DNA of 64,000 bases from an uncultured Muribaculaceae bacterium (GCA_944321685.1 CALUMH010000007.1:24102-88101); one strand, 5' to 3'. Shown: positions 19,717 through 30,225, counted from the stretch's first letter. Notes: generated by a model from the sequence alone, not told the origin. Numbers and translations: made by a program.

Positions 19717-19783
19717 CATAACCATCTATATTGTATGGCATGGATTGCGTAGGGAAAACATCCGGGTAACCCGCAAGCGCGGT

Positions 19784-21271
19784 TTAATTCTTCACCCAGA
19801 AGTGTGATGTGAACAGCACAAGGACGGTAAACAATTCCAAACGGCCAAGCAGCATCATTAGCGACATGAGCCATTTCGCAGCCTCGGAATATGTGGCATA
19901 GCACCCGCCGGCGGCCTCACCTACCCCAAGCCCGACATTGCTCAATGCCGACAATGCCGAAAAGAAAGAATCTTGCATGGGAATGCCGAGTGCCGTCAGC
20001 GCCAACGTGCCCATGACAGTTATGCACACATATATGCCAAGGAAAACAACGGCCTTGGTCACAACTTCTTGCGGCACAACTTTATGGTTGATGCGCACAT
20101 TCACTATGCTGTTGGGATGAAGCACACGGTAAAGTTCGTTCTTTATATTTTTAGCCATCAGCTCCATACGGTCGATTTTGGCACCTCCCGAAGTAGAACC
20201 CGCACACGAGCCGAAAAACATGATTATGCACAATACCATCACCACAAATTGCCCCCATACTTCAAAATCGGCGACAACAAACCCGGTGGTACTGATTGCC
20301 GATGCACACGTAAACAAGGCATCGACTACAATATGCCCCACACCACGCCCGTCGGTGCCCATTATCAAGATATAAACCACGCACATGGCCGCACCCGTAA
20401 GCACCGTGCCTATAAACCAGCGGAAAGTGGCATTGGAAGTGAGCATACGCACCCGGCCGCAAGCGGCATGGTAGATAAGTGCGAAGTTCACGCCTCCTAT
20501 AAGCATGAAGGCCGTAATGGTCAAATCGACATACATCGAATCCCACCATGCAATGCTGGCATTCTTGGTGGAAAAGCCTCCGGTAGATAATGTGCTCATG
20601 GAGTGGCACAGGGCATCGAAGAAATTCATTGGGCCGGCCCACAGCATCGCGCACAATATTCCGGTGAGCGAAATATACACCAGCCACAAGCTCTTGGCAG
20701 TGGAACTGATGCGCGGCCGCAACTTGTCGTGGGTTATGCCTGTAACTTCGGCATTGAACAGTTGCATTCCTCCTGCATGGTTAAGCATGGGCAGCACCGC
20801 AAGCGAAAACAGTATGATACCCATACCGCCCACCCAGTGCATCACCGCCCGCCAAAACAATACTGCCCGGGGCAGAACCTCGACATCGGCTATCACGGTA
20901 AGCCCCGTGGTGGTAAACCCCGACATGGTCTCCATGAAAGCCGCCGCAACATTATCGATGGAATGAGTAAAGAAAAATGGCAACATACCGAATGCCGAAT
21001 AGAAAACCCACACCATAGGCGTGAGCAATATCCCTTCACGCTTGTGCATATCCATGCTTTTGGGGTGCAAGCCGAAAGTCATCACGGCTCCCACACCGGC
21101 AGTAATGAGCACCGAGAACAACATGGCCTCGACGGCATCCCACTCTTCATATACCAACCCCACGACAAGCGGTGCAACCATAAACAATGCCTCCATGATG
21201 AGCAGCAACCCGAGCACCCTTAAAATCGCAGGCAGGTTTATCGTTGACTTTTTCTTGAATATCGAATACAT
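19784..21271 (-). CDS. trkH: TrkH family potassium uptake protein
   Basis: 495-aa polytopic membrane protein with repeated pore-loop motifs (GFTTTGLTV, STLSTGGFST, AISTTGFVV, LSNVGLGVG) typical of TrkH/KtrB. Confidence 0.93.
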   Translation of the reverse strand: MYSIFKKKSTINLPAILRVLGLLLIMEALFMVAPLVVGLVYEEWDAVEAMLFSVLITAGVGAVMTFGLHPKSMDMHKREGILLTPMVWVFYSAFGMLPFFFTHSIDNVAAAFMETMSGFTTTGLTVIADVEVLPRAVLFWRAVMHWVGGMGIILFSLAVLPMLNHAGGMQLFNAEVTGITHDKLRPRISSTAKSLWLVYISLTGILCAMLWAGPMNFFDALCHSMSTLSTGGFSTKNASIAWWDSMYVDLTITAFMLIGGVNFALIYHAACGRVRMLTSNATFRWFIGTVLTGAAMCVVYILIMGTDGRGVGHIVVDALFTCASAISTTGFVVADFEVWGQFVVMVLCIIMFFGSCAGSTSGGAKIDRMELMAKNIKNELYRVLHPNSIVNVRINHKVVPQEVVTKAVVFLGIYVCITVMGTLALTALGIPMQDSFFSALSALSNVGLGVGEAAGGCYATYSEAAKWLMSLMMLLGRLELFTVLVLFTSHFWVKN

Positions 21272-21287
21272 GATTTCGTGACGTGTG

Positions 21288-22619
21288 TCATTTAAACAAT
21301 TTTTCCATCTTGTGCAAAGCCCCCTGCAGGCAGAAGATCACCACATGGTCGCCCGGCTGTATGCGTGTGTCGCCCTTCACAAGCAATCCTTTCCCGTCAC
21401 GCACCAGCCCGGCAATGGTCATGTCGCGCGACAGGTTCAAGTTCATCACCGCATCGCGCGTTATTCGCGAGCCTTCTTTCACCACCAGTTCGGCAACTTC
21501 GGCATCGGCAAGCGCAAGGCACTTGGAATTGCTCGAATCACGGTCGAGCATCAACTGGAAGATGCGGCTCGAAGCCAACAACTTCTTGTTGACAACCGAC
21601 CCTATGTTAAGCCCCTCGGCCTCGGAAATAAATTGGATGTTCTCCACTTCAGCAACAGTCTTCTTCACGCCATATTCCTTGGCGGCAAGGCATCCCAGTA
21701 TGTTGGTCTCGGAACTGCCCGTCAATGCCACGAATGCCTCGCAGTCGCTTATCCCTTCTTCCTGCAACAGTTCTACATCGCGCCCGTCGCCATGCACAAT
21801 GTTGCAATCGGGCAGCAACTCGGCAAGCTCATGGCAGCGGCCACGGTCGCTCTCTATGATTTTAAACTTATATTTCCCTACAGCCGCGCGCACCAGTTGC
21901 ACGGCAATGCGGCTACCACCCATTATCATCACCCTTTTTACTTCCACGGGAGCCTTCCCCGTCATTTCAAGCACATTGGGGATATAATCCTTGGTAGTGG
22001 CTATATACACGATATCGCCTTCACACACGCGGTCGCCGCCACCGGGAATAATGGTCTCGTGGTTGCGCTTGATGGCCGAAATGTGCATATACCCCGACTG
22101 CATTGCAAGGTCTTTAAGTTGCATCCCCACAAGCCTGGCATTTCCACGCAATTTCACCCCGACAATCACAAGATGCCCATCGACAAGTTCAAACCAGCTG
22201 CGCACCCATGTGCGTTGCAGCGACGTCAATATCTCTTGCGCGGCAAGATACTCGGGATATATAACATCATCGACACCCAAACCCGAGAAAAACGGGCGGT
22301 TGTCCTCTTTCATGTATTCGTAATTATCAATACGTGCCACAGTGTTATGCGCCCCGAATTTCTTGGCTATGGCGCAAGCCATCAAGTTTCGCGACTCGAA
22401 AGGAGTAACGGCTATAAACAAGTCGCACCCCTTGGCTCCGGCTTCACGCAACGTGGAAAACGACGTGGGCCGACCCGTGCACGTAAGTAAGTTGTACATT
22501 TCAAAATCATCGAGCTTTCCCTCATCTTCATCGACAAGTATTATATCTTGCCCTTCTTCCGACAGTAGCTTTGCCAAGTGGCTTCCCACTTCTCCGGCTC
22601 CTGCTATAACGATTTTCAT
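21288..22619 (-). CDS. trkA: Trk system potassium uptake protein TrkA
   Basis: MKIVIAGAGEVGSHLAKLL and a second Rossmann motif MIMGGSRIAVQL. This is the duplicated RCK N/C architecture, and the gene lies directly upstream of trkH. Confidence 0.95.
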   Translation of the reverse strand: MKIVIAGAGEVGSHLAKLLSEEGQDIILVDEDEGKLDDFEMYNLLTCTGRPTSFSTLREAGAKGCDLFIAVTPFESRNLMACAIAKKFGAHNTVARIDNYEYMKEDNRPFFSGLGVDDVIYPEYLAAQEILTSLQRTWVRSWFELVDGHLVIVGVKLRGNARLVGMQLKDLAMQSGYMHISAIKRNHETIIPGGGDRVCEGDIVYIATTKDYIPNVLEMTGKAPVEVKRVMIMGGSRIAVQLVRAAVGKYKFKIIESDRGRCHELAELLPDCNIVHGDGRDVELLQEEGISDCEAFVALTGSSETNILGCLAAKEYGVKKTVAEVENIQFISEAEGLNIGSVVNKKLLASSRIFQLMLDRDSSNSKCLALADAEVAELVVKEGSRITRDAVMNLNLSRDMTIAGLVRDGKGLLVKGDTRIQPGDHVVIFCLQGALHKMEKLFK

Positions 22620-22646
22620 AATTCCTACTTATATATATGTGTCTTC

Positions 22647-24569
22647 CTATCCTATTATATCAAGAATTTTCGCTTTTATGCTGTCATTGTCCATGCCGCA
22701 ATACCGCCGCAACTGCGCTATGGTGCCTTGCGCCACGAATTGCCCCGGAATGCCGAAGCGCGTCACGCGCACAGCCATGCCGTGGTCGTTGAACCAGTCG
22801 ATTACAGCCGACCCCAATCCGCCATGTATCACACCGTCTTCCACCGTTACCACTTGGCTGAAACGCTTGCCCACCTCGGCAAGGATATCTTCATCAATGG
22901 GATTGAGGAAAATCATGTCGTAATGCGCCACATGGCAAGCCTTGTCGCCAAGGCTGCGTATCACATCCTGCACATCGTTGCCCACAGGCCCTATCGTAAG
23001 CACAGCCACACGGTCGCCGTCGCAAAGTTTCCGTCCTTTTCCCACCGGCAACTCATGCATAGGGCATTGCCATGCCACAGTAACACCTGCACCACGCGGA
23101 TAGCGAATGGCAAACGGCCCGTATTTCCCTGTTTGGGCCGTGTACATCAAGTGCCGCAAATAATGCTCGTCCATAGGCGAACTCACCACGATCCCCGGTA
23201 TGCAACTCAGATAAGCCATGTCAAACACGCCGTGGTGCGTCACACCATCGTCGCCCACAAGCCCGGCACGGTCGATGCAGAACACCACCGGCAAGCGTTG
23301 TATGGCCACGTCGTGTATTATCTCGTCATACGCACGTTGCAGGAATGTGGAATAAATGCAGCAAAAAGGTATAAGCCCATCCTTTGCCATTCCGCCCGAA
23401 AACGTAACGGCGTGTTCCTCGGCTATACCCACATCGAATGCCCTGTCGGGCAATTCTTCAAGCATGAAATTAAGCGAACACCCCGTAGGCATTGCCGCCG
23501 TGATGCCCACTATCCTTTTATTCTCACGGGCAAGCTCCACTATCGTATGCCCAAACACATCTTGCCACTTTGGCGGCTTGCCTGCGGTATCCTCCACAAT
23601 GCGTTCGCCGGTAACAGGATTGAACCGCCCCGGCGCATGCCATGTCACAGGATCCTTCTCGGCCGGCTCATATCCCTTGCCCTTACGGGTGCGCAAGTGC
23701 AACAGGCGCGGCCCGTCCATCTCTTTTATGTCGCCAAGCACCCTCACAATGCGTTCCACGTCGTGCCCGTCATAAGGGCCGAAGTAGCGTATGTTCAGCC
23801 CCTCGAATATATTCTGCTGCCGCGTGAGCAACGCCTTTATGCTGTTGTTGAAGCGCAATATCAGCCCACGATGCTTCTCATCGATAAGATGGAACCGTTT
23901 CAAGAAATGATACACCTTGTAACGCAAGCGGTTATAGGCCTTTGAAGTATTGATGCGAGTCATGTACTCATTAAGCGCGCCCACATTTTGGTCTATGGCC
24001 ATATCATTGTCATTGAGAATGATAAGCAGGTTGCTATTTGACAACGAAGCATTATTTATTCCCTCAAAAGCAAGCCCGCCGCCTATCGAGGCATCACCTA
24101 TCACAGCTACCACATTGCGCCTGCGCCCCGAACCGGCAAGCTTCGACGCCACCGTCATACCCAATGCCGCCGATATGGAATTGGACGCATGACCTGCGGT
24201 AAAACTGTCGTATTCGCTTTCGTCGGGATTGGGGAAACCGCTCAGCCCGCCCCATTTACGCAAAGTGTCGAAACGGCCACGCCGGCCGGTAAGCACCTTG
24301 TGGGCATATGCCTGGTGCCCCACATCCCACACGATGCGGTCATAAGGGGTGTCGAACACATAATGCAACGCCACGGTAAGCTCCACCGCACCCATGCTCG
24401 AAGCGAAATGCCCCGGGTTGCGCGAAAGCGTATCGATCAAAAACTTCCTAATCTCGCTGCACACCTGCGGCAATTGCTCAAGAGGCAACCGGCGCAAGTC
24501 GTCGGGCGTATTTATTCCCGACAACAACGGACATTCTTCATTTATATCAAATTCAGGCACGCTAATCAT
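22647..24569 (-). CDS. dxs: 1-deoxy-D-xylulose-5-phosphate synthase
   Basis: [20 protein letters not shown]...[15 protein letters not shown]...[13 protein letters not shown]...NDN, 640 aa. Confidence 0.97.
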   Translation of the reverse strand: MISVPEFDINEECPLLSGINTPDDLRRLPLEQLPQVCSEIRKFLIDTLSRNPGHFASSMGAVELTVALHYVFDTPYDRIVWDVGHQAYAHKVLTGRRGRFDTLRKWGGLSGFPNPDESEYDSFTAGHASNSISAALGMTVASKLAGSGRRRNVVAVIGDASIGGGLAFEGINNASLSNSNLLIILNDNDMAIDQNVGALNEYMTRINTSKAYNRLRYKVYHFLKRFHLIDEKHRGLILRFNNSIKALLTRQQNIFEGLNIRYFGPYDGHDVERIVRVLGDIKEMDGPRLLHLRTRKGKGYEPAEKDPVTWHAPGRFNPVTGERIVEDTAGKPPKWQDVFGHTIVELARENKRIVGITAAMPTGCSLNFMLEELPDRAFDVGIAEEHAVTFSGGMAKDGLIPFCCIYSTFLQRAYDEIIHDVAIQRLPVVFCIDRAGLVGDDGVTHHGVFDMAYLSCIPGIVVSSPMDEHYLRHLMYTAQTGKYGPFAIRYPRGAGVTVAWQCPMHELPVGKGRKLCDGDRVAVLTIGPVGNDVQDVIRSLGDKACHVAHYDMIFLNPIDEDILAEVGKRFSQVVTVEDGVIHGGLGSAVIDWFNDHGMAVRVTRFGIPGQFVAQGTIAQLRRYCGMDNDSIKAKILDIIG

Positions 24570-24605
24570 GAATTATAAAAAAATCTCATCTTTCCGTTTC
24601 CACGG

Positions 24606-24785
24606 TCACTGTTTACGGTTACGCACATATTTCTTGTATAACGGTACAAATACCACGATGCCCGATGCCACTATGGCAAACAGCACCATGAAATCGACCC
24701 GTTCCACCCTTGCGAGCAATATGACACACAACGCCAACCACAACAATGCCACGCAGGCAAAGCGGAAGATTTGATACTTTGTCAT
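24606..24785 (-). CDS. Small hypothetical membrane protein (59 aa, two predicted TM segments)
   Basis: MTKYQIFRFACVALLWLALCVILLARVERVDFMVLFAIVASGIVVFVPLYKKYVRNRKQ. A well-formed promoter lies 19-26 nt upstream. Confidence 0.5.
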   Translation of the reverse strand: MTKYQIFRFACVALLWLALCVILLARVERVDFMVLFAIVASGIVVFVPLYKKYVRNRKQ

Positions 24786-24810
24786 ACTATGATGTCCTTT
24801 TTTAGTTTTG

Positions 24811-24841
24811 CAAATATAGTGAAAGTCGAGTGCAATGCAAA
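24811..24841 (-). promoter_or_regulatory. Canonical Bacteroidota promoter (-33 TTTG, 19-nt spacer, -7 TATATTTG)
   Basis: Minus strand reads TTTGcattgcactcgactttcacTATATTTG. It closely matches the pfkA promoter at 41986-42016. Confidence 0.6.
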
Positions 24842-24935
24842 AAAAATGAACCCCTTCATTTTCTTTTGTATTGCCGAGACGCATCCTGTATTATCAAAAT
24901 ATAGTGAAAGTCGAGTGTATGCAAAAAAATGAACC
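24811..24935. repeat. Tandem duplication (about 84-bp period) of a roughly 41-bp promoter module
   Basis: caaatatagtgaaagtcgagtgcaatgcaaaaaaaatgaacc (24811-24852) versus caaaatatagtgaaagtcgagtgtatgcaaaaaaatgaacc (24895-24935). Confidence 0.7.
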
Positions 24936-25285
24936 TGCATATTTCCAGTTGCTTCATGGCATTTCCCCTAAAAGTCCAATAAAGACTCCCTTTGCCCGAC
25001 CGCTGCACAACGCCCGTGTCAAAAGGAGTCCTTAGCAAAACGCCATGCATACTCACTAAAGCATGGCTACCACATACCACATTCAATACTATTTTTTTCC
25101 CAAGGCAACAAAGGGTTACCCCTTCTTTGATGCCGTTACAAAGATACAACTTTTATGAGATTTACCCCCCCCCGATTTATACTTTAAACACATAATTTAA
25201 GTTTTATAAACATATTACACTTGGTCGTTACCATTATTTCATATTTAACAACAATAGTTTAGCATAACAAAACAATAAAAATAAC

Positions 25286-25293
25286 TAATTTTG
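25286..25293 (+). promoter_or_regulatory. -7 promoter box (TAATTTTG) upstream of maeB
   Basis: taattttg lies about 95 nt upstream of ATG 25389 in an AT-rich spacer. Confidence 0.4.
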
Positions 25294-25388
25294 CAAATGA
25301 GAATAAGAAATTAAAAACGCTTGTTTGCAAATGGATTTAAAGCAAAATCCATAACGACTTAAACAATTATAACACATTTGTAATATAT

Positions 25389-27698
25389 ATGTCATCAAAA
25401 GTTACTAAAGAAATGGCTTTGGCCTACCATAAAAATAATGGCAGGCCGGGCAAAATTGAAATTGAACCTACGGTTCCATACTCATCACAATCTGACTTGT
25501 CGCTTGCCTATTCACCGGGCGTTGCCTTTCCATGCAAAGAAATCGAAGCAAACCCACACGATGCCTACGAATACACCAACAAAGGCAACCTCGTAGCAGT
25601 CATCTCCAACGGCACCGCCGTACTCGGACTTGGTGACATAGGCGCACTCGGAGGCAAACCTGTAATGGAAGGCAAAGCACTGCTTTTCAAGATATTCTCG
25701 GGCCTTGACTGTTTCGACATCGAAGTCGATGAAAAAGACACCGAAAAATTCATTCAAGTCGTAAAAGCCATAGCCCCCACTTTCGGCGGCATCAACCTCG
25801 AAGACATCAAGGCTCCGCAATGCTTTGAAATCGAGCGTCGCCTGAAAGAGGAATGCAACATACCCGTAATGCACGACGACCAGCACGGAACGGCAATCAT
25901 TTCGGCCGCCGGACTGCTGAACGCCCTGGAAATACAAGGCAAGAAAATCGACGAGGTGAAGCTCGTTGTCAATGGCGCAGGAGCTGCCGCCGTTGCCTGC
26001 ACCAGGCTTTACATTGCACTTGGCGTAAAGAAAGATAATGTGGTGATGTGCGACAGCAAGGGTGTGCTCAACCGCAAGCGCACAGGACTTAACCCGCAAA
26101 AGATGGAATTTGTCACCGACCGCGAAATAAACACACTGGCCGAAGCCATGGTCGATGCCGACGTGTTCCTCGGACTGTCGGTCAAGGATGTGGTTACACC
26201 CGAAATGCTTAAATCGATGGCTCCGCGCCCCATAGTATTCGCTCTTGCCAACCCTGACCCCGAAATAGATTACAACACCGCAGTTGCAACACGCGACGAC
26301 ATTATCATGGCCACAGGGCGTTCCGACTACCCTAACCAAATCAACAACGTGCTCGGCTTCCCATACATATTCCGCGGAGCTCTCGACTGCGGCGCCACCG
26401 CAATCAACGAGGAAATGAAGCACGCCGCCGTAAGGGCCATCGCCGCACTGGCCAAGCAGCCGGTACCATCGGTGGTGAATGCCGCTTATGAAATGGAAGG
26501 CCTGAAATTCGGCAAAGACTATATATTGCCCAAGGCTCTCGACCCGCGCCTCATCACCACCGTATCGCCCGCTGTTGCACGGGCAGCCATGGATTCGGGC
26601 GTGGCCACCAGGCCCATAACCGACTGGAACGCATACCACGGACATTTGCGCTCGATCATGGGCTTTGACAACCAGCTCATGCGCCGCCTCACCGAGGAAG
26701 CAAAGAAAAATCCGCAACGCGTGGTATTTGCCGAAGCCAACACCAACAATATGTTGCAGGCAGCAGTGCTTGCACGCAACGAGGGCATTTGCATCCCCAT
26801 ATTGCTTGGCAACGAGGAAATGATCGCAAAACGCGCCGACAAATTAGGGCTGAACATCGACGGCATAGAAATCGTGAACTTGCGCCACGACCGCGAAGCC
26901 GACCGCCGTGAACGCTATGCGCACATTCTCACCGAAAAACGCCAGCGCAGCGGCGTAACGTTGCCCGAAGCCCGTGAAAATATGTTCGACCGCAACTACT
27001 TCGGCATGATGATGGTGGAAACCGGAGAAGCCGACGCGATGATCACCGGCAGCTACCCGAGCAACCGCCGCCAAGTGGCCGAGATTGCAAAAAATGTGAT
27101 AGGCATACGGCCAAGCTACAAGCATTTCGCCACCCTTCACATCATGAACACCAAGCGAGGAACATATTTCCTTGCCGACACTTCGATAAACGCCGATAAC
27201 GACACCGACACACTGGTCGATATAGCACGCCTGGCACGTACCGCAGTAGAATATTTCGCCCAGGAACCTGTCATTGCGATGCTGTCTTACAGCAACTTCG
27301 GCTCAAACATGGACTTGAAGAGTCCGCGCATGGTACACGAAGCGGTGGAAATCATGCAGGAACGCTACCCCGAATTGCTCATCGACGGTGAAATGCAAGT
27401 GCACTTCGCTCTCAACAAGAAGTTACGCGACAAGAACTTCCCGTTCAACCGCTTGAAAGGCAAAGACGTGAACACGCTTGTATTCCCCAATCTGAGCTCG
27501 GCCAACACCGCTTACCGCACTCTGCTCGAAATGGGGTCGGCCGAAATCATCGGCCCGATACAGATAGGGTTGAACAAGCCTGTGCACATGACAACTATCG
27601 ACGCATCGGTACGCGACATTGTAAACCTGACGACAGTTGCGGTAATGGATGCCGCCGTTTACCAAAAAATGGGTTCAAGCGCGTCCAACGACAAATAA
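25389..27698 (+). CDS. maeB: NADP-dependent malic enzyme (malic enzyme domain fused to a phosphate-acetyltransferase-like domain)
   Basis: [37 protein letters not shown] and NGAGAAAVA. The C-terminal half is PTA-like. 769 aa. Confidence 0.95.
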   Translation: MSSKVTKEMALAYHKNNGRPGKIEIEPTVPYSSQSDLSLAYSPGVAFPCKEIEANPHDAYEYTNKGNLVAVISNGTAVLGLGDIGALGGKPVMEGKALLFKIFSGLDCFDIEVDEKDTEKFIQVVKAIAPTFGGINLEDIKAPQCFEIERRLKEECNIPVMHDDQHGTAIISAAGLLNALEIQGKKIDEVKLVVNGAGAAAVACTRLYIALGVKKDNVVMCDSKGVLNRKRTGLNPQKMEFVTDREINTLAEAMVDADVFLGLSVKDVVTPEMLKSMAPRPIVFALANPDPEIDYNTAVATRDDIIMATGRSDYPNQINNVLGFPYIFRGALDCGATAINEEMKHAAVRAIAALAKQPVPSVVNAAYEMEGLKFGKDYILPKALDPRLITTVSPAVARAAMDSGVATRPITDWNAYHGHLRSIMGFDNQLMRRLTEEAKKNPQRVVFAEANTNNMLQAAVLARNEGICIPILLGNEEMIAKRADKLGLNIDGIEIVNLRHDREADRRERYAHILTEKRQRSGVTLPEARENMFDRNYFGMMMVETGEADAMITGSYPSNRRQVAEIAKNVIGIRPSYKHFATLHIMNTKRGTYFLADTSINADNDTDTLVDIARLARTAVEYFAQEPVIAMLSYSNFGSNMDLKSPRMVHEAVEIMQERYPELLIDGEMQVHFALNKKLRDKNFPFNRLKGKDVNTLVFPNLSSANTAYRTLLEMGSAEIIGPIQIGLNKPVHMTTIDASVRDIVNLTTVAVMDAAVYQKMGSSASNDK

Positions 27699-27723
27699 CC
27701 CCGGAATAAGCACACGATTATAA

Positions 27724-27764
27724 AGCAAAGGAGGCCTGCATCAAACGGTCTCCTTTGCTTTTTG
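27724..27764 (+). terminator. Rho-independent terminator after maeB
   Basis: agcaaaggag (27724-27733) pairs with ctcctttgct (27750-27759), followed by tttt. Confidence 0.7.
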
Positions 27765-27810
27765 GCAGTGAACAAGCCTGCCGCATATTGCTTCTGAAAA
27801 AGTAATTTCG

Positions 27811-27818
27811 TATTTTTG
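27811..27818 (+). promoter_or_regulatory. -7 promoter box (TATTTTTG) for hpt-adk
   Basis: tatttttg lies 21 nt upstream of ATG 27840. Confidence 0.5.
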
Positions 27819-27839
27819 TAAAAAATTATTCCACACGAC

Positions 27840-28385
27840 ATGGATAAAGTTACTTATAACGGACTCACATTCGAGCCTTACTTGACAAGAGACGAGATAG
27901 CCCGGCAAGTGAAACGCGTTGCCGAAGAGATACGGCGCGACTACGCCGACGACAACCCGCTGTTCCTTTGTGTGCTTAACGGTGCCGCCATATTTGCGGT
28001 TGACCTGTTCCGCGAATGCCGCATCAAAGGTGCCGAAATTTCATTCATACGCTTCAAATCCTACGAAGGCACTTCGACAACCGGCACGGCAAAACAGGTG
28101 ATGGGGCTTGACGAAAACATCGAAGGACGCAAAGTAATCATAGTGGAAGACATCGTTGACACAGGCATCACGGCTCAACAATTGCTGAAAACCCTTGCCG
28201 ACAAAGGTCCGAGCGAGGTGAAACTGGCTTCGTTGCTGTTTAAGCCCGAGTCGCTGCAAACCAATGTCCGCCCCGATTACATAGGATTCAGCATTCCGCC
28301 GAAATTCATCATAGGCTACGGACTCGACATCGACGGACAGGCTCGAAACCTGAGCGACATATTCGTACTTAGCGAAGAAAAATAA
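27840..28385 (+). CDS. hpt: Hypoxanthine phosphoribosyltransferase
   Basis: LFLCVLNGAAIFAVDL and the PRPP-binding motif VIIVEDIVDTGIT. Confidence 0.93.
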   Translation: MDKVTYNGLTFEPYLTRDEIARQVKRVAEEIRRDYADDNPLFLCVLNGAAIFAVDLFRECRIKGAEISFIRFKSYEGTSTTGTAKQVMGLDENIEGRKVIIVEDIVDTGITAQQLLKTLADKGPSEVKLASLLFKPESLQTNVRPDYIGFSIPPKFIIGYGLDIDGQARNLSDIFVLSEEK

Positions 28386-28421
28386 ATTTACATAAACCCT
28401 CACACTTAAATTCCAACTAAG

Positions 28422-29003
28422 ATGTATAATATCGTTATTTTCGGAGCCCCGGGGTCGGGCAAAGGCACTCAAAGCGAATTCCTAATCAAGCATTACGGGC
28501 TATTCCATATTTCAACGGGCGACGTGCTTCGCGACCACATAAAGCGCGGCACCGAATTGGGCAAAATCGCATCGGGATATATCAACGACGGCAAACTTAT
28601 CCCCGACGACCTGATGATAAGCATACTTGAAAAAGTGCTTGACGAAAATCCCGAAAAAGAAAAACAAGGCGTGATTTTCGACGGCTTCCCCCGCACTACC
28701 GAGCAAGCCAAAGCCCTGAAAGAAATGCTTGCACGCCGCGGCTCGAAAGTTGACATTGTAATCGGGCTTGATGTTCCCGAGGAAGAGCTTGTTGACCGCC
28801 TCATCAAGCGTGGCAAGGAATCGGGCCGCAGCGACGACAACCTCGAAACCATCAAAAAGCGTCTCGCCGTTTACCACAGCCAAACAAGCCCGCTGCGCGA
28901 CCACTACGTTGACGAAGGCATATACGCCGCCATCAACGGCCTTGGCTCAATCGAGGGCATATTCGAAAACATCAAGCAAGCCATCGACAATTGCCGTAAA
29001 TAA
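28422..29003 (+). CDS. adk: Adenylate kinase
   Basis: IVIFGAPGSGKGTQSE...HISTGDVLR...GFPRTTEQA. Confidence 0.97.
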   Translation: MYNIVIFGAPGSGKGTQSEFLIKHYGLFHISTGDVLRDHIKRGTELGKIASGYINDGKLIPDDLMISILEKVLDENPEKEKQGVIFDGFPRTTEQAKALKEMLARRGSKVDIVIGLDVPEEELVDRLIKRGKESGRSDDNLETIKKRLAVYHSQTSPLRDHYVDEGIYAAINGLGSIEGIFENIKQAIDNCRK

Positions 29004-29024
29004 TTTTCCCCGAATAACTAAGGG

Positions 29025-29309
29025 ATGTGATATCGATTTTGTAGAGACGCGATTAATCGCGTCTCTAATACAATGAAGGTATATCAATTTGCAGCGTTTT
29101 ATGTAATGTACAATTGTAGAAAGTGTATCAAAATTCCAACATTGATATTGTAGAGACGTGGCGTGCCGCGTCTCGATAACAACAACGATTGATTTACAAT
29201 ATTTATGCAATATTACTTGCTACGAGACGCGGCACGCCACGTCTCTACGTATGACAAAATTGTATTTTGACACACCCCCTACAGAGTTAAAATTGCATTT
29301 TGATACACC
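29025..29309. repeat. Cluster of REP/MITE-like hairpin repeats (copy B, tandem/nested units)
   Basis: Perfect 26-bp palindrome tagagacgcgattaatcgcgtctcta (29042-29067). Perfect 25-nt inverted pair tagagacgtggcgtgccgcgtctcg (29151-29175) and cgagacgcggcacgccacgtctcta (29223-29247). End motifs gtgtatcaaaatt (29123-29135) and two inverted copies, ...aaaattgtattttgacacacc and aaaattgcattttgatacacc (to 29309). Confidence 0.8.
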
Positions 29310-29436
29310 TAATATAATAATTTCGGCACACCCTCTTCCCGTAATCCGTCATTTTCGCAAAAACAGCCGGCCATAAAACATATTATGCCCCACACGGGCA
29401 AAACATTTTATTTCCCCAAAAACCTCACGCATTATT

Positions 29437-30114
29437 ATGAGAATAGACATACTTACAGTGTTGCCCGAAATGCTTGAATCGCCCCTGGGCTGCTCGATAC
29501 TGAAACGCGCACAAGACAAGGGGCTGGTTGAAATAGTTGTACACAACTTGCGCGACTACACTCACGACAAGTATCGCAAGGTAGATGACTACCCTTTCGG
29601 CGGTGAAGCCGGCATGGTAATGAAAATCGAACCTGTCGATCGCTGCATATCGGCACTGAAGGCACAACGCACCTACGACGAAGTGATATTCACATCGCCC
29701 GACGGCGAACAATTCTCACAACCGCTTGCCAACCGCCTGTCGCTGCTTGACAACATAATAATACTGTGCGGGCACTACAAGGGCATAGACTACCGAATAC
29801 GCGAGCACTTGGTGACAATGGAAATAAGCATAGGCGACTATGTGCTCACCGGCGGCGAAATTCCCGCAGCGGTGATTGCCGATGCCGTTGTGCGGCTTAT
29901 TCCCGGTGCGCTGGGCGACGAACAATCGGCACTTAGCGATTCGTTCCAAGACAATCTGCTTGCCCCACCTGTTTACACGCGCCCTGCCGAATACAACGGA
30001 TGGCGGGTACCCGACATACTTCTGTCGGGGCACGAAGCTCGCATCAACGAGTGGAAGCACGAGATGGCCCTGCAACGTACCCGCCAACTCCGCCCCCATC
30101 TCCTCGACGAATAG
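29437..30114 (+). CDS. trmD: tRNA (guanine37-N1)-methyltransferase
   Basis: [17 protein letters not shown]...[13 protein letters not shown]...[11 protein letters not shown]. Confidence 0.96.
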   Translation: MRIDILTVLPEMLESPLGCSILKRAQDKGLVEIVVHNLRDYTHDKYRKVDDYPFGGEAGMVMKIEPVDRCISALKAQRTYDEVIFTSPDGEQFSQPLANRLSLLDNIIILCGHYKGIDYRIREHLVTMEISIGDYVLTGGEIPAAVIADAVVRLIPGALGDEQSALSDSFQDNLLAPPVYTRPAEYNGWRVPDILLSGHEARINEWKHEMALQRTRQLRPHLLDE

Positions 30115-30151
30115 CCTACATTGGGGGCGCAAACGTTTCTCCCAAATCACA

Positions 30152-30200
30152 AAATATCCGCAAAATGCCCAAAACACGGCATATTGCGGATATTTTATAA
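30152..30200 (+). terminator. Hairpin after trmD
   Basis: Perfect 12-bp arms aaatatccgcaa (30152-30163) and ttgcggatattt (30184-30195), followed by a T/A-rich tail. Confidence 0.5.
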
Positions 30201-30225
30201 TAACAGCATAGCTGTAATTATAAGG

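Noticed and set aside
24856-25149. 97-aa minus-strand ORF in the dxs-maeB spacer.
   Set aside because: It runs through the duplicated promoter modules, its composition is implausible, and it has no motif. It is treated as non-coding.
29025-29309. CRISPR array as an explanation for the repeated GAGACG/CGTCTC hairpins.
   Set aside because: The units are in mixed orientation, irregularly spaced and partly nested. They are dispersed at four loci, with no cas genes and no regular repeat-spacer periodicity.
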